35,785 nucleotides of DNA from Octopus bimaculoides (taxonomy: Eukaryota). Each line of letters begins with the position of its first letter. Position 1 is the first letter of the stretch. The translations under genes and the position numbers were made by a program. The stretch is taken from NCBI RefSeq assembly GCF_001194135.2, contig NC_069001.1, positions 11,107,455-11,143,239 of the forward strand, written 5' to 3'. The notes under the pieces are model-generated. The model made no database searches. It was given only the letters and a program-made list of their open reading frames with translations, and was not told the DNA's origin. Of this stretch, positions 33,315-35,785 are shown one piece after another.

Positions 33315-34254
33315 CTATTTATCTACTTTCAGTCTTTAGAGTGTTCTCCTTTGTCTCCGGTACAGGTCTATGATCAAAGATCTTCCAATCGTATTTTCAA
33401 TGTATACTATGATTTCCATCCGTCCTATTGCGTATGATTCGAAGGAGATTTGGTTGATATTTCGAAAACGGTTGAGCAACCAATTAAACTCTCTTTCTGT
33501 ATCTCAAGAAGTGGCAAGAATAAATACTAACAGCAACTATAACAACAACATCAACAACAACTGCAATATCAATTACAAATGCTTTCTCAAACCGCATTAG
33601 ATAAATTTAATTTAAACAGGGATCCGGAATGGAAGGGGTTGCTGGTAGAATTAGCAATAATAACAAATATTGCAACAACGATAGCAACAGTAATATATGG
33701 AAAAGCAATGAGTAATAGTAAAGACAAGAAAAGCAACATAACAGGAGAAACGGGAATAACGTCAACAATAATCGCCGTAATAACAAGCCAGAAAATAAAT
33801 TGTAAGAGCTTATTTGAAATGCATTGCGGAGGGGGTGCTGTGAGAATGGTGGAAGGAGGAAAATTAACAAGCACAATAGTGATAGCAATAATAATATTGA
33901 CTATAACGACAGAAATAATTAGTAAAAATCTTTAAAAAGAAATAAATAAATAATACAACAACTAACATAGCAATAGCTGGCAAGAGTAATTAGAGGAACA
34001 GTGAAAACGACAGAAGAGGGTGGGAAGAATCAGGTTGAATAATAATATTTGATTAGAAATTTTTATTGAATGAACGAATCGAGAGTAATAAAAGACTAAG
34101 GAAAATAATAATTATGATGTAATAATATATGATAGTTGTAATAATTATCTGAGTGAGATCATTATGATACTGGCGGTAAGTAGTTCGTTGTGAGTCGTAT
34201 GAGTAATTAACGGTCCCAGGTGTTTTTTTACAATGCCAGTAATTTCTGAGAAGC

Positions 34255-34416
34255 GGGTGGAAGTCGTTACATCGACCCCGCAAGATTTAATATAAGTACT
34301 TATTTTATCGACTCCGAAAGGATAAAAGGTAAAGTCAACATCGCTAGAATTTGAACTCAGAGTATAAAGACAGACGAAAAGTCGCTAAGCATTGTGCCGG
34401 CCGTGCTAACGATTCT
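34255..34416 (-). mobile_element. SINE family B, diverged copy lacking its first ~16 nt
   Basis: TTTTATCGACTCCGAAAGGATAAAAGGTAAAGTCAAC..GAATTTGAACTCAGA..GCTAAGCAT..GTGCTAACGATTCT. Confidence 0.85.
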
Positions 34417-34648
34417 TATTTCTTTATTGCCCACAAGGGGTTACACACAGAGGGACAAACAGGGACAGACAAACGGATTAAGTCGATTACATCGACCCCA
34501 GTACTCAACTGATACTTAATTTATCAACCCCGAAAGGATGAAAGGCAAAGTCGACCTCGGCGGAATTTGAACTCAGAATTTAGCGATGGCCGAAATACCG
34601 CTAAGCATTCCGTCCAGCGTGCTAACGATTCTGCTAGCTCGCCGCCTT
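34417..34648 (-). mobile_element. SINE family B, well-preserved copy directly joined to the previous one
   Basis: Full core GAAAGGATGAAAGGCAAAGTCGACCTCGGCGGAATTTGAACTCAGAA, with the head ending GCTCGCCGCCTT. Confidence 0.92.
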
Positions 34649-35070
34649 CCTGTTTATCAATACCAAAAACATGAGGTTATTTGATACAACACTAAGAATT
34701 CTGAAATGGAAGTTAAAGAACAGGGTTTAGTGAATACTATCTACAGTTCATAAAGGCAATGGGAAAATACTCTGAGAGAAACTTTCTAACCTAATCGTAA
34801 TTTTTCCTGGGATGGGGTATGCCTTTGGTCCACCCATTCCATCTCTCTAAAGGCATTTTCTCTTTCTTACTGATCTAGCGGGGCAGAAACAACTAAGATT
34901 GTGTTCGTCTCAACACTCGATTTCACATCAGAATTCAGGAATCTTACGAAACAAATACATATTAAGATTAGTTATAATTGTAATACAAATCTTCATCGCA
35001 AACATGAACCGTTTTCAATGAGAGCAACGAGTACAGAAAGAGCGGTTGTTGTATTCAATGGGAGTTGTTT

Positions 35071-35100
35071 TACTACTACTACTACTACTACTACTACTAC

Positions 35101-35132
<32 letters not shown>
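35071..35132. repeat. (TAC)n(AAT)n microsatellite
   Basis: Read directly from the sequence. Confidence 0.92.
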
Positions 35133-35440
35133 GCACAAAGAATATTAATATGATATGGAGGAGAAGCAAGTACTAAATCGTCAACAATAAAAGAAAAAAA
35201 AATTACACTATTAATAATAGTAAAATAAACTGATCCTAATATTCAGAGAAACAACAGCTAAACCTAACAATGAATTTTGCCCCAAGGAAAAAAAAATAGC
35301 CATTAAAAAGGAACTTATAATAAATCATTTAATAATCTAAGCACGAACATTATATAAAAAATGAGAATAGAAGATAACCCAGAGAGACACGAAGTAATGC
35401 TATCATTACCTCCCCCTCTTCTTCTTCTTCTTCTTCTTCG

Positions 35441-35462
<22 letters not shown>

Positions 35463-35471
<9 letters not shown>

Positions 35472-35785
35472 CCCGCCTCAGCGAAGGCGGAGGTATTGTT
35501 TTCAGTCGTATTTGTTTGTTTGTCCGTGGATAACATATCTCAAGAACCGCTGGATGGATTCGGATGAAACATTCAGGAATGTTTTGACCTCGTTCGTGAC
35601 TGGCACCCGAACTGATTAGATTCTGGGATCGATCCCGTAGCCCGACAAGGATTCTGGATTATTTTTCCTGTTTTTTACTTAATTTTTGAGAGCGGTCGGG
35701 TTCATTTTTAGTATTCTCGTTTGTGAGAGCAGTCGAGTCTGTTTCAGATGTTCTCATTTTAAAAATCATCTCTAGCTAATCGTTG
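35463..35785 (+). mobile_element. Probable non-autonomous Helentron-type (HINE/DINE-1-like) element, running off the window
   Basis: Starts in a TT/ATT context with hairpin CCGCCT-CAGCGA-AGGCGG (35473-35490). It continues TTTGTTTGTTTGTCCGT and GGATGGATTCGGATGAAAC, the layout I recall for HINE 5' ends. The 3' end is not visible. Confidence 0.65.

Noticed and set aside
33579-33935. 118-aa ORF MLSQTALDKF...
   Set aside because: Degenerate AAT/AAC/AGC low-complexity sequence with no family motif.

Overview
Eukaryotic, AT-rich, essentially non-coding window with ten N-gaps (2793-3177, 5605-5979, ~6836-7294, 10992-11262, 11605-11643, 12460-12854, 14461-14560, 16274-16659, 19674-19683, 30130-30890) and very dense microsatellites. 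The repeat families look like those of Octopus or another coleoid cephalopod; this is recognition from memory, not a database result. No intact protein-coding gene is supportable, and nearly all listed ORFs are translations of simple repeats or gaps. The window holds at least four tRNA-derived SINE families, some with clear target-site duplications, and an (AAT)n-flanked retroelement-like family. It also holds a probable Helentron-type non-autonomous element at the right edge and several Penelope-like (PLE) traces: a decayed RT fragment (~21040-21226, minus) and ~180-200 bp terminal fragments carrying a minimal hammerhead-ribozyme-like fold. The most unusual structure is a 404-bp near-perfect palindrome (32634-33037) inside the internal microsatellite of a SINE. 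The recurring theme is a nested retroelement ecosystem in which SINEs carry (TA)n/(TG)n tracts and PLE-like elements land in those tracts. Several of the resulting structures could form dsRNA if transcribed.
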